Positions 10,625 to 21,125 of a stretch of 64,000 nucleotides of DNA are shown here, piece by piece. A program made the position numbers and the translations under genes. The notes beneath the pieces are model-generated. The model made no database searches, was not told the DNA's origin, and was given only the letters and a program-made list of their open reading frames with translations. Each line of letters begins with the position of its first letter. Within the stretch, counting starts at the first letter, position 1. This stretch comes from an uncultured Lachnospiraceae bacterium (lineage in GTDB: Bacteria > Bacillota > Clostridia > Lachnospirales > Lachnospiraceae): NCBI GenBank assembly GCA_902789735.1, contig CADAOZ010000007.1, forward strand, positions 43,250-107,249. Reading direction: 5' to 3'.

Positions 10625-10655
10625 AAAACCGCCGCAGGCCCTGCGGCGGTTTTTG
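10625..10655 (+). terminator. Rho-independent terminator after the small ORF
   Basis: AAAACCGCCGCAGG-CC-CTGCGGCGGTTTTT: a perfect GC stem followed by a T run. Confidence 0.75.
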
Positions 10656-10662
10656 ACGCCGC

Positions 10663-10692
10663 AAAAAAGACCGCCACTCCGAAGAGTGGCGG
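10663..10692 (-). terminator. Rho-independent terminator of ppdK
   Basis: On the minus strand: GCCGCCACTC-TTCG-GAGTGGCGG followed by TCTTTTTT, 50 nt after the ppdK stop. Confidence 0.75.
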
Positions 10693-10739
10693 CCTCGTTT
10701 ACGTCAGATCTTGTCAGATCCCGGGGGATCCGTCGCTTC

Positions 10740-13373
10740 TTATGCTTCGCCGTGGGCGATGGCTGCCTGTGCCGCTGCCAGTCTGGCAATCGGTACACGG
10801 AAAGGTGAGCAGGATACATAATCCAGGCCGATCTTGTCGCAGAACTCGATGGAGGAAGGATCTCCGCCGTGCTCGCCGCAGATACCCGCGTGCAGGCTGG
10901 GACGTACCTTCTTGCCCTTTTCGATGGCGATTTCCATCAGCAGGCCTACGCCGGTCTGGTCCAGCTTGGCGAAGGGATCGCCTTCCAGGATCTTGGCGTC
11001 ATAGTAGGCGCCAAGGAACTTGGAGGAATCGTCACGGGAGAAGCCATAGGTCATCTGGGTCAGGTCGTTGGTACCGAAGCAGAAGAACTCAGCCTCTGTC
11101 GCGATGGCGTCCGCTGTCAGAGCCGCGCGGGGGATCTCGATCATGGTACCGACTTCATACTTGAGGTCGGAGCCTGCCGCCTTGATCTCAGCGTCAGCTG
11201 TAGCAACAACGACGTCCTTGACATACTTCAGTTCCTTGACCTCGCCGATCAGGGGGATCATGATCTCGGGAACCAGATCCCAGTCAGGATGCTCTGCCTT
11301 GACGGCGATCGCCGCGCGGATAATGGCAGTGGTCTGCATCTTGGCGATTTCAGGATAGGTAACTGCCAGACGGCATCCGCGGTGGCCCATCATGGGGTTG
11401 AATTCCTTGAGGCCTTCAATGATTGCCTTGATGGCTTCTACACTCTTATCCTGGGCCTTGGCCAGTTTCTCGATGTCAGCTTCCTCAGTGGGAACGAACT
11501 CATGCAGAGGCGGATCCAGGAAACGGATGGTAACGGGATCACCTTCCATGGCCTCAAAGAGACCCTTGAAGTCGCCTTCCTGCAGAGGCTCGATCTTCTC
11601 CAGAGCCGCTTCTCTTTCTTCGATGGTATCGGAGCAGATCATCTCACGGAATGCAGCGATCCTGTCCTCATCGAAGAACATATGCTCTGTACGTACAAGG
11701 CCGATGCCTTCCGCGCCGAGCTCTCTTGCCTTCTTCGCGTCGCGGGGCGTATCCGCGTTGGTGCGGACTTTCAGTCTGCGATACTTGTCTGCCCATCCCA
11801 TGATGCGGCCGAATGTACCGGAGATCTGGGCGTCGACAGTAGGGATGGTGCCGTCATAGACACAGCCTGTCGTGCCGTCGAAGGAGATGATATCGCCTTC
11901 ATGATATACTTTGCCGGCCAGTGTGAACTGCTTGTTGGCTTCATCCATGATGATGTCGCCGCAGCCGGATACGCAGCAGACGCCCATACCGCGGGCAACA
12001 ACTGCAGCGTGGGAGGTCATGCCGCCGCGGACAGTCAGGATACCCTGGGCTGCCTTCATGCCGGTGATGTCCTCAGGAGAGGTCTCCAGACGTACCAGAA
12101 CGACCTTCTCGCCTCTGGCTGCCCATTCCTCAGCGTCTTCCGCTGTGAAAACGATCTTACCGCAGGCTGCGCCGGGAGCTGCGCCCAGAGCCTTGGCGAT
12201 GGGGGTCGCTGCCTTCAGAGCGTTGGCGTCGAATGTAGGATGAAGCAGTGTATCCAGGTTACGGGGATCGATCATGGCGACCGCTTCCTTCTCGGTCCTC
12301 ATGCCTTCGTCAACGAGGTCACAGGCGATCTGCAGAGCGGCCTGCGCGGTCCTCTTGCCGTTACGTGTCTGCAGCATGTACAGTTTGCCGTGCTCTACGG
12401 TGAACTCCATATCCTGCATGTCTCTGTAGTGGTTCTCGAGGATGCTGCATACTTCCTTGAACTGATTGAAAGCTTCAGGGAACTTCTGCTCCATCTCGGT
12501 GATGTGCATGGGAGTACGGACGCCTGCGACAACGTCTTCACCCTGGGCGTTGGTCAGGAACTCACCGAAGAGGCCCTTGGCGCCTGTAGCGGGGTCACGT
12601 GTGAAAGCAACGCCGGTACCGCAGTCATCACCCATGTTGCCGAATGCCATGGACTGGACGTTAACGGCTGTGCCCCAGCTGTAGGGGATATCATTGTCAC
12701 GTCTGTAAACATTGGCACGGGGGTTGTCCCAGGAACGGAAAACAGCCTTGATGGCGCCCATCAGCTGCTCCTTGGGATCGGACGGGAAATCTTCTCCCAG
12801 TTTCGCCTTATATTCAGCCTTGAACTGGTCTGCCAGCTTGTGCAGATCATCCGCGTCCAGCTCAACGTCAAGCTTGACGCCCTTTTCCTCTTTCATCTGG
12901 TCGATCAGGGCCTCAAAATACTTTTTGCCGACTTCCATAACAACGTCGGAATACATCTGGATGAATCTTCTGTAGCAGTCCCATGCCCAGCGGGGATTGC
13001 CGGACTGCTCCGCGATGGTGTTGACAACTGTCTCATTCAGACCCAGGTTCAGGATGGTATCCATCATACCGGGCATGGATGCTCTCGCGCCGGAACGAAC
13101 GGAAACGAGGAGCGGGTTCTTGGCATCGCCGAACTTCTTGCCTGTAATCTCTTCCATCTTGCCGATATACTCGTTGATCTCAGCCATAATGGAAGGATTG
13201 ATCTCACGGCCGTCCTCATAATACTGGGTGCAGGCTTCGGTTGTGATGGTGAAGCCCTGAGGAACCGGGAGACCGATGTTGGTCATCTCTGCCAGGTTAG
13301 CGCCCTTGCCTCCAAGGAGCTCTCTCATGTCTGCGTTGCCTTCGCTGAAAAGGTAACAATACTTTTTGCTCAT
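10740..13373 (-). CDS. ppdK: Pyruvate, phosphate dikinase
   Basis: 877 aa. MSKKYCYLFSEGNADMRELLGGKGANLAEM, the catalytic His region GGMTSHAAVVARGMG, and the PEP-utilising C-terminal TIM domain. GGAGG RBS. Confidence 0.95.
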   Translation of the reverse strand: MSKKYCYLFSEGNADMRELLGGKGANLAEMTNIGLPVPQGFTITTEACTQYYEDGREINPSIMAEINEYIGKMEEITGKKFGDAKNPLLVSVRSGARASMPGMMDTILNLGLNETVVNTIAEQSGNPRWAWDCYRRFIQMYSDVVMEVGKKYFEALIDQMKEEKGVKLDVELDADDLHKLADQFKAEYKAKLGEDFPSDPKEQLMGAIKAVFRSWDNPRANVYRRDNDIPYSWGTAVNVQSMAFGNMGDDCGTGVAFTRDPATGAKGLFGEFLTNAQGEDVVAGVRTPMHITEMEQKFPEAFNQFKEVCSILENHYRDMQDMEFTVEHGKLYMLQTRNGKRTAQAALQIACDLVDEGMRTEKEAVAMIDPRNLDTLLHPTFDANALKAATPIAKALGAAPGAACGKIVFTAEDAEEWAARGEKVVLVRLETSPEDITGMKAAQGILTVRGGMTSHAAVVARGMGVCCVSGCGDIIMDEANKQFTLAGKVYHEGDIISFDGTTGCVYDGTIPTVDAQISGTFGRIMGWADKYRRLKVRTNADTPRDAKKARELGAEGIGLVRTEHMFFDEDRIAAFREMICSDTIEEREAALEKIEPLQEGDFKGLFEAMEGDPVTIRFLDPPLHEFVPTEEADIEKLAKAQDKSVEAIKAIIEGLKEFNPMMGHRGCRLAVTYPEIAKMQTTAIIRAAIAVKAEHPDWDLVPEIMIPLIGEVKELKYVKDVVVATADAEIKAAGSDLKYEVGTMIEIPRAALTADAIATEAEFFCFGTNDLTQMTYGFSRDDSSKFLGAYYDAKILEGDPFAKLDQTGVGLLMEIAIEKGKKVRPSLHAGICGEHGGDPSSIEFCDKIGLDYVSCSPFRVPIARLAAAQAAIAHGEA

Positions 13374-13408
13374 TCTTTCCTCCTTTTATATACCCCTGAA
13401 ACTTGATA

Positions 13409-14278
13409 TTACAGGTTGTTAACATTGTTCTTCGCCGCCGGCTCAAAGCCGTCAAAAATAAAGGCGTCGTATTGACCCGCCAGAGCCTTCATCTCCTCCT
13501 GACTGTGGACAGTCCAGCAGGCACTGTGTCCCTTGAAATACCTGCGGTAAAAACGAAGGGAAAGATTCCTGTCGAATTTACAGTTAAAGGATATGAAATC
13601 CGGCCTGCAGAGAAAGTTGGTGATCAGGAACTGGATCATCAGCAGCAGGGGCCGGTACTCCATTCTGCGGAACTCAGGCGTTTTGGTAAAACGGTCTGAA
13701 AGCTGTCCCCTGACGACATCACTGCGGTGCTTTCTGAACCAGTAGAGCACGAGGGGATTGAAAGCCTCTATGCAGTAGGGGCCCTTGTATTCCAGCAGCA
13801 TGGCGTTGACCTTCTCACAGATCGTCATGTCCGGGTCTTCTGATTTGATCTCCACCAGAAGGGGAACCCTGCCGTCCACCAGATCCAGGAACTCACGGAA
13901 GGTCGGGATCTTCTCCTCTGTATCCAGCAGGCGGAACCGGCGAAGCTCCTTCAGGGTATAATCCTCCGGAGCGCCCGGCACGCCGCACATCCGCTGCAGG
14001 GTAAAATCATGAAAAACGACAGGGATCTTATCCTTTGTCAGATGAATGTCAAGTTCAATCCCGTAACCGGCTTCCACCGCTTTGCGGAATGCCTTCATGG
14101 AGTTTTCAGGCGTGCCGGTATTATTGTCGAACAGGCCCCTGTGGGCAAAGAGGCTGCCGCGCAGGATACTGTAATCAGGTTTTCCGACCATCCTTGGCAT
14201 GATCGACAGCAGATACAGAAGAAAAAGACAGGGAGGCGCGCCTGCGAACATCACTATTTTTTTCATCAGTACTTTCAT
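13409..14278 (-). CDS. Glycerophosphodiester phosphodiesterase family protein, membrane-anchored
   Basis: 289 aa. An N-terminal hydrophobic anchor precedes the GDPD motifs HRG...ENS and GYGIELDIHLTKDKIPVVFHD. Confidence 0.75.
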   Translation of the reverse strand: MKVLMKKIVMFAGAPPCLFLLYLLSIMPRMVGKPDYSILRGSLFAHRGLFDNNTGTPENSMKAFRKAVEAGYGIELDIHLTKDKIPVVFHDFTLQRMCGVPGAPEDYTLKELRRFRLLDTEEKIPTFREFLDLVDGRVPLLVEIKSEDPDMTICEKVNAMLLEYKGPYCIEAFNPLVLYWFRKHRSDVVRGQLSDRFTKTPEFRRMEYRPLLLMIQFLITNFLCRPDFISFNCKFDRNLSLRFYRRYFKGHSACWTVHSQEEMKALAGQYDAFIFDGFEPAAKNNVNNL

Positions 14279-14631
14279 CTTCCTTTCCGGAAAGCTGTCC
14301 CGCTGCCGCGGTCATGACCGTCCGGTCTGTCCGGGCACTTCATCAAACCGGAAAATCTGATCACTATGTCCTGAACAATAACGGACAGACCCCTTTGGAT
14401 GCATATGATCCGGTCTGCCGGCAACGAGTTAAGATCGCGTGCAGTTTCTCTCGAAAACGGCCGCACCCGATCCGGTCTTGTTAATTAATGCCGCCCGATA
14501 ACAGCGGACTATATTTTAAACAGTTTAACACTTATATCATCAAAAAGCCACATGGGTCATACATTTTTCATAAATCTTTATGGAAATTTACCGAAAAACG
14601 CGCGTGCGGCCATCCGATAAAAGCCGCAGGA

Positions 14632-15249
14632 TTACAGAAGGCGTTTCTTCTGGGCCGCTTCACTTTTCTCCAGGTTCTCGTACCGCTCCTGTGCTTCGGG
14701 ATCGGACAGGAAGAAAGCGTCTTTCAGCGCTTCGGTCAGGACCTCCAGTTCCTTTTCCATGCCCATTTTGCGGGGGACCAGGGATGTCATCATCCAGATG
14801 TCCCGGGTACACTTCAGCTGTCTGTCTTTGTCGTCCGTGGCAATAAAGCCGAAGAATTTTTTGCCGTAACTGCTGCTCCTGCAGGTCATCAGAAAACGCT
14901 CCGCCGTATTGCGGAATTCCCAGTAGAGGGCTGTTTTTCCCTTTTCCCCGTATTTCTCCGCCAGGTCGAAGCCCAGATTGTGCATGGTCCTGTCCATCTG
15001 TTTTTTCGCCAGCTTCTTGAACATGGAATCCTTATAGGCGGGGAGTACCACGATCTCCCAGAGGAAAATATCGACCTCATTGGAAGGATCCTTCGGATCT
15101 GTGTGCCGGAGGTCGAACAGGTCCTTTCGGAGCTGTCCCAGACCGTCATCTTCCACCTGCTCCAGGATCTCCGGAAACATCTGCCGTCTTTTGGAGGGTT
15201 CCAGTTCCGCGTAATAATCATTCCACAAATCACTCTGCATATATTTCAT
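14632..15249 (-). CDS. Hypothetical cytoplasmic protein
   Basis: The ORF is trimmed to MKYMQSDLWNDYY... with an AAAGGA RBS. No family recognised. Codon usage is consistent with the genome. Confidence 0.5.
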   Translation of the reverse strand: MKYMQSDLWNDYYAELEPSKRRQMFPEILEQVEDDGLGQLRKDLFDLRHTDPKDPSNEVDIFLWEIVVLPAYKDSMFKKLAKKQMDRTMHNLGFDLAEKYGEKGKTALYWEFRNTAERFLMTCRSSSYGKKFFGFIATDDKDRQLKCTRDIWMMTSLVPRKMGMEKELEVLTEALKDAFFLSDPEAQERYENLEKSEAAQKKRLL

Positions 15250-15773
15250 CGCAATGAAGTATCCTTTCCGTGCTTTTCTGTATACGGACGGGTCCTGCCG
15301 GCTTCCGTTCCGGCCCGCGTTTTCTTTGCCGCCCCTGACGGGGCATGTATATTGCGGCAGATCTGTCCGCCACATCTATTATGACATATTCCGGCAGGTT
15401 ATGTCAGCAGGAAATCCGTCCGGACCGGACTCGGGGAGCAGGCGGAAAAAAACAGGGAAAAAGCCTGCCGTGGAGAGATGCCCGCCCTGCCTCAAAAAGC
15501 ACATATGCGCAGCTGCCGGGCGGATTCCGTCGGCAAAAGCGGAAAAAGCGCAAAAAAGCGGAATTTCCATACTTGAAGCTTACCCGTAAGTCAGCTATTA
15601 TATATACGTATGTCCTGACGGGGCCGGATTGCCGGCGTGTGGAAAGGGCTGCGGAATACATCCGTATGAAACGGTATGCAAAAGTATTAATAATAAGTAA
15701 GAGTTAAAAAGTAAATTTTAAATAAGTAAGAGTACGACATTCATTTCTCTCTGGCTTTTGTAAAGGAGGCTGC

Positions 15774-17405
15774 ATGATTCAGACAAACGGCGTTACACTG
15801 CGACTGGGTAAGAAGGCGCTTTTTGAAGACGTTTCCATTAAATTTACGGAAGGCAACTGCTACGGTATTATCGGCGCCAACGGCGCGGGCAAATCCACCT
15901 TCCTCAAGATCCTGTCCGGCCAGCTGGATACCACCAACGGTACCGTGACCATGACCCCCGGACAGAGGCTGTCTTTCCTGGAGCAGGACCACAATAAATA
16001 CGACAGTCAGGTCGTACTGGATACGGTCATCCAGGGCAACAGCCGTCTGTATGAGATCATGCAGGAAAAGGACGCCCTCTACGCCAAAGAGGATTTTTCC
16101 GATGAGGACGGCATCCGGGCCAGCGAGCTGGAGACGGAATTTGCCGAAATGAACGGCTGGGAAGCGGAATCCGACGCGGAGTCCCTGCTCAACGGTCTGG
16201 GCATCGAGACCGAGCTTCACTCCTATCTGATGCGCGAACTGACCGGCGCCCAGAAGGTCAAGGTCCTGCTGGCCAGGGCCCTGTTCGGCAACCCCGATAT
16301 CCTGCTGCTGGATGAGCCTACCAACCATCTGGACCTGGACGCCATCGCCTGGCTGGAGGAGTTCCTGATCAACTTCGAAAATACAGTCATCGTTGTCTCC
16401 CATGACCGGTATTTCCTGAACAAGGTATGTACCTATATCGCGGACATCGACTACGGTAAGATCCAGCTCTATGCCGGCAACTATGATTTCTGGTATCAGT
16501 CCAGCCAGCTGATGATCCGGCAGATGAAGGAAGCCAACAAGAAGAAAGAGGAAAAGATCAAGGAACTCAAGGAGTTCATCTCCCGTTTCTCCGCCAACGC
16601 TTCCAAGTCCAAGCAGGCGACCAGCCGTAAACGTGCCCTGGAAAAGATCCAGCTGGAGGAGATCAAGCCTTCCAGCCGTAAATATCCCTATATTGATTTC
16701 CGCCCTGACAGAGAGATCGGCAATGAGGTTCTGACCGTTTCCAATCTTTCCAAGACCATCAACGGCGTCAAGGTCCTTGACAATGTTTCCTTTATTATGG
16801 GGCATGATGACAAGATCGCTTTCGTGGGCAGCCAGGAACTGGCCAAGACCACCCTGTTCGAGATCCTGATGGGCCGCATGGAGCCGGACGAAGGCACCTA
16901 TAAATGGGGCATCACCACCTCCCAGGCTTATTTCCGCAAGGACGCCAGCGATGAGTTCTCCTCGGATTATACGATCACGGAATGGCTGACCGGCTATTCT
17001 CCCATCAAGGACGCCACCTATGTCAGGGGCTTCCTGGGCCGTATGCTCTTTGCCGGCGATGACGGCATCAAGCGCCTGCGGGTCCTGTCCGGCGGCGAAC
17101 GTGTCCGCTGCCAGCTGTCCAAGATGATGATCAGCGGCGCCAACTGCCTGATCTTTGATGAGCCCACCAACCATCTGGATATGGAATCCATCTCCGCCCT
17201 CAATGAAGGCATGATCAAATTCCCCGGCGTGGAACTCTTTGCCTGCCGTGACCATCAGGTGGTACAGACAACTGCCAACCGCATCATCGAGATCCTGCCC
17301 GACGGCAGCATCATCGATAAAGTCACCACCTATGATGACTATCTGGAGAACAACGCGGACGCCAGAAAGCGGACCGTCTATGTCTCTACTGAGGAAGACA
17401 ACTGA
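15774..17405 (+). CDS. ABC-F family ATPase (Uup/YdiF/EttA-like translation factor, two ABC domains, no TMD)
   Basis: 543 aa with two Walker A sites (GANGAGKST and a second degenerate one), LSGGE/LTGAQKVKV signatures and a ~50-aa K/E-rich interdomain linker. AAAGGAGG RBS. Confidence 0.9.
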   Translation: MIQTNGVTLRLGKKALFEDVSIKFTEGNCYGIIGANGAGKSTFLKILSGQLDTTNGTVTMTPGQRLSFLEQDHNKYDSQVVLDTVIQGNSRLYEIMQEKDALYAKEDFSDEDGIRASELETEFAEMNGWEAESDAESLLNGLGIETELHSYLMRELTGAQKVKVLLARALFGNPDILLLDEPTNHLDLDAIAWLEEFLINFENTVIVVSHDRYFLNKVCTYIADIDYGKIQLYAGNYDFWYQSSQLMIRQMKEANKKKEEKIKELKEFISRFSANASKSKQATSRKRALEKIQLEEIKPSSRKYPYIDFRPDREIGNEVLTVSNLSKTINGVKVLDNVSFIMGHDDKIAFVGSQELAKTTLFEILMGRMEPDEGTYKWGITTSQAYFRKDASDEFSSDYTITEWLTGYSPIKDATYVRGFLGRMLFAGDDGIKRLRVLSGGERVRCQLSKMMISGANCLIFDEPTNHLDMESISALNEGMIKFPGVELFACRDHQVVQTTANRIIEILPDGSIIDKVTTYDDYLENNADARKRTVYVSTEEDN

Positions 17406-17570
17406 TCCGGCTTCTCATTTATACGGCAGAAGCTGCTGGGTAATACGATTAGCTCCGACCGGCAGATATGATTACGATTATCCCAAACTCCGTATGCTAC
17501 AGCCTTTCTGCGACCACAGAAGGGCTGTATTTTGTTTATCAGACATTCAATCTCTCTTAAAGGATACGCC

Positions 17571-19313
17571 ATGCCTTCTATTGACCTGCATACACATTCC
17601 ACAAAATCCGACGGAACACTGACGCCGGCACAGCTTGTAGAGATGGCCCGGGAGCTGGGCCTGGCCGCCCTGGCCCTGACCGACCATGATTCGGTCGACG
17701 GAATCGCGGAAGCTGAAGAAGCTGCGGAACGCTTTTTCATGGAGTCTCCGGCAGAGGATTCGGCCGGCTGCTCCCCGGAGCCCGCGTCCGGGTATGGGAC
17801 GGAGCTGGTGCCCGGGGTGGAGGTGTCCACCGAATATAAGGGCCGCAGCGTCCACATCGTGGGCCTGTTCCCGGACTGGCGCAATCCCCGCTTCCGGGAA
17901 TCTCTGCGCCGCTTTTCCGATGCCCGGGAGGAGCGCAATCGCAAAATGTGCGAGCTTCTGCGCGGGAAAGGCGTAGACATTTACTATGAAGATCTGTGCA
18001 GAGCCTTTCCCGGCAACATCATCACCCGGACCCATTTTGCCCGCTATATGCTGCAGAAAGGCTATATATCCAGAACCTGGGAAGCTTTCCAGACTTATAT
18101 CGGGGATGACCGGCCCTGCTTTGTGCCCAGGATCAAGATCTCGTCCACCGACGCAGTCCGGTTTCTTCTGCGCTTCCATGCCTTTCCGGTCCTGGCGCAC
18201 CCGATCCAGTACTACAGCGCCTTTTATGATCTGGAGGAACTGCTGGCCGATCTGAAGGCTGCCGGCCTGCAGGGAATCGAATGCTATTACGGCAGCCATA
18301 CCATGTACGATTTTCAGACCATCAGCCGCTATGCTTCCGAATACGGCCTGCTGCCTTCCGGAGGTTCCGATTTCCATGGAGCCAACAAACCCGGCCTGCG
18401 CATGGGGGTCGGCTACGGACACATGTCCATTCCCGCCAGGGTCCTGACCGATATCAAACACGCCCATTACCATACAGGAGACAGCACCCGGATTTTCTTC
18501 TGCGACTTTGACGGTACCCTGGCCCGCACAGATAAGAGCGTCAGCCCGTACAGCCGGGAGGTTCTGGACCGCTGGACGGCCGCCGGCCATCGCTTCGTCT
18601 TCAGCAGCGGACGGATCATGGCGGATATTAAAGTCCAGATCCGCAGGCTGGGCCTGCATCTGCCGGGCATGCTGCTCAGTGCCTGCAACGGCGCGGAAAT
18701 CTATGACTGTGACAGCGGAGTAACCCTGTATAAAAGGACCCTGAACCGGGACCAGATCCGGAAGATCCAGGCCATTGCCGATTCCATCGGCCTCTTCTGC
18801 CTGACGCATTCGGACAGCCGTTTCTATGTCCCCCGGGAGGGGCCGGAAACCGAATTTTACTTCCGTACGGTCAGAATCCCCTACAATGTCTGTGAGGATC
18901 TGGCGGAGGCTGTCGATGAACTGCCCTGCAAGATCCATACCGTCAGTCTGGAGGATCCGGACAAACTGTTGAAGTTCCGTCGGCTCGTCGGGGAAGCGTT
19001 CGGGGATGAACTGAATATTTACCGGACCCATCCCTGTTATGTGGAAGTCGTCCCCGGCGGGGTCAGCAAAGGCCATGCCCTGCAGTGGCTGTGCCGCCGG
19101 CTGGGCATCCGGCCGGAAAACAGTCTGGCCGCAGGTGATTCCGAGAACGATCTGTCCATGCTGCAGGCGGCGGCCACCGGAATCCTGATGCGCAACGGGG
19201 CCGAAATGAACCCCTATCTGAAGGACGGAGCCGATCTGGTCACAGAATATGACAATGACCAGGACGGACTGGCCAGGACCCTTGCGTCTATCCTGGACCG
19301 GATAGATGCCTGA
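17571..19313 (+). CDS. Fusion protein: N-terminal PHP-family phosphoesterase (TrpH/YciV-like) plus C-terminal Cof-type HAD hydrolase
   Basis: N-terminal MPSIDLHTHSTKSDGTL...LALTDHDSV is the PHP metal-binding signature. C-terminal IFFCDFDGTLA ... GDSENDLSMLQAA gives HAD motifs I and IV. AAAGGA RBS before the ATG at 17571. Confidence 0.8.
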   Translation: MPSIDLHTHSTKSDGTLTPAQLVEMARELGLAALALTDHDSVDGIAEAEEAAERFFMESPAEDSAGCSPEPASGYGTELVPGVEVSTEYKGRSVHIVGLFPDWRNPRFRESLRRFSDAREERNRKMCELLRGKGVDIYYEDLCRAFPGNIITRTHFARYMLQKGYISRTWEAFQTYIGDDRPCFVPRIKISSTDAVRFLLRFHAFPVLAHPIQYYSAFYDLEELLADLKAAGLQGIECYYGSHTMYDFQTISRYASEYGLLPSGGSDFHGANKPGLRMGVGYGHMSIPARVLTDIKHAHYHTGDSTRIFFCDFDGTLARTDKSVSPYSREVLDRWTAAGHRFVFSSGRIMADIKVQIRRLGLHLPGMLLSACNGAEIYDCDSGVTLYKRTLNRDQIRKIQAIADSIGLFCLTHSDSRFYVPREGPETEFYFRTVRIPYNVCEDLAEAVDELPCKIHTVSLEDPDKLLKFRRLVGEAFGDELNIYRTHPCYVEVVPGGVSKGHALQWLCRRLGIRPENSLAAGDSENDLSMLQAAATGILMRNGAEMNPYLKDGADLVTEYDNDQDGLARTLASILDRIDA

Positions 19314-19340
19314 GCGATGGCTTCCATCTGTTTTAGTTAT

Positions 19341-19391
19341 AAAAAGGGAATGTACACACGCCCTGCCGGGCGGATATACATTCCCTTTTTT
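19341..19391. terminator. Bidirectional rho-independent terminator between convergent genes
   Basis: AAAAAGGGAATGTA-(22-nt loop)-TACATTCCCTTTTTT: a 14-bp stem flanked by an A run and a T run. Confidence 0.8.
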
Positions 19392-19515
19392 ATTTTGTCA
19401 TGATTCCGTTTTTCTATCCCTGCGCCGTACGGTCATTTTCGGACGGACATTTTCCATATGATCTTTCCGTCCGGCATTTCCGGAAAGCCCTTGTCCGTCT
19501 TCCCGCCGGAATCCC

Positions 19516-20931
19516 TTACTCTCTGCCGTTCCAGCAATAGGTGCAGAGGCAGTCGGGATTGATGCCGATGGAAGCGATCATATCATCCAGGCGCTGGTAG
19601 CGCAGGGAGGTGAATTTCAGACGTTCACAGATCTTATCCAGCATCTTATGATAGCGGTCGCTGTCAGGATTGGCGTAATCCTCCAGGATCGTGCGCTCGA
19701 CCGCCCCTCCTTCTTCCTCGTTGATGATCCGTCTGGCGATCAGTTCCATTTCGGAAGTGGATCTGGAGAAATTGATATATTTGCAGCCGAACAGGATGGG
19801 CGGGCAGGCCGGACGGACATGGACCTCTCTGGCCCCGCTGTCGAACAGGTACTCTGTGGTCTCCCGCAGCTGGGTGCCGCGGACGATGGAATCATCGATC
19901 AGCAGCAGACTTCTGTCCTGGATCAGTTCCCGGACGGGAATCAGTTTCATCTTGGCGATCAGGTTGCGCTTCTCCTGGATGGTAGGCATAAAGGATCTGG
20001 GCCAGGTAGGGGTATATTTGATGAAGGGCCTGGAGAAAGGCACCCCTGACTGATTGGCGTAACCTACCGCATGGGCCGTACCGGAGTCCGGCACACCGGC
20101 CACTACATCAATATCCACACTGTGATTATCCCGTTCTGCCAGGGCTTTACCGCAGTCATAACGCATCTGCTCCACCGAAACGCCCTCATAACGGGAGGAC
20201 GGATAGCCGTAGTAGACCCAGAGGAAAGTACAGATCCGCATTTTCCTGCCGGGATCGGCCAGGGTGGTGACCCCTTCCGGGGTAATGACCACGATCTCAC
20301 CGGGTCCCAGTTCCTTCAGATCCCGGTAGCCCAGGTTCAGATAGGCAAAGGACTCAAAGGAGGCGCAGCAGCCGTCCTCTTTCTGGCCCAGGATGACAGG
20401 GGTCCGGCCGTAGCGGTCCCTGGCACAGTAGATGCCGTCCGGGGTCATCAGCAGGATGGTCATGGAGCCGTCGATCAGCTCCTGGGCATATTGGATGCCC
20501 TCTACCAGGTTATCCTTCTGGTTGATGATGGCCGCGGTCAGTTCCGTTGCGTTGATGGTGCCGCCGCTCATCTCCAGGAAATGGGTGCGGCTGCCTTTGA
20601 AGACCTGCTCGACCAGCTGGTCCGTATTGTTGATCTTACCGACCGTACTGATGGCGTAAGTGCCATGGTGAGAACGGACGATCAGGGGCTGGGGCTCAAA
20701 ATCCGAAATACAGCCGATGCCCAGCTGGCCTTCCATACGTCCGACTTCCTTGTCAAATTTCGTTCTGAAGGGGGAATTCTCAATATTGTGAATCGCTCTG
20801 TTAAAGCCCAGATTCCTGTCATAGACCGTCATACCGGCACGCCTGGTGCCCAGATGGGAATGATAGTCTGTGCCGAAATAAAGGTCAAACATACAATTCG
20901 TCTTGGAAGCTGCTGCAAAAAATCCACCCAT
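19516..20931 (-). CDS. Amidophosphoribosyltransferase-like protein (PurF family paralog lacking the N-terminal Cys nucleophile)
   Basis: Trimmed to the ATG at 20931 (MGGFFAAASK...), which has an AAGGAG RBS. The type-I PRTase PRPP motif is LLLIDDSIVRGTQL. The glutamine-amidotransferase-like N-terminal half begins MGG rather than MCG. Confidence 0.75.
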   Translation of the reverse strand: MGGFFAAASKTNCMFDLYFGTDYHSHLGTRRAGMTVYDRNLGFNRAIHNIENSPFRTKFDKEVGRMEGQLGIGCISDFEPQPLIVRSHHGTYAISTVGKINNTDQLVEQVFKGSRTHFLEMSGGTINATELTAAIINQKDNLVEGIQYAQELIDGSMTILLMTPDGIYCARDRYGRTPVILGQKEDGCCASFESFAYLNLGYRDLKELGPGEIVVITPEGVTTLADPGRKMRICTFLWVYYGYPSSRYEGVSVEQMRYDCGKALAERDNHSVDIDVVAGVPDSGTAHAVGYANQSGVPFSRPFIKYTPTWPRSFMPTIQEKRNLIAKMKLIPVRELIQDRSLLLIDDSIVRGTQLRETTEYLFDSGAREVHVRPACPPILFGCKYINFSRSTSEMELIARRIINEEEGGAVERTILEDYANPDSDRYHKMLDKICERLKFTSLRYQRLDDMIASIGINPDCLCTYCWNGRE

Positions 20932-21125
20932 AGATGCTCCTTTCTTATGCTTCTGCGTCTGTGGTACTCTTCCCCTTCTAAGATAACTCCCCGGTTCTTC
21001 TGTCAAACGGGCTTATTATAGCACTAAACCGTCCGGCATTTCTATAAAAATAATGGTCCGATTTTCACAGCCTGCGCATTTGTTCCCCTTCTGTCAGGCA
21101 ATGGACCTTTCCCGCGCTTACTCCC

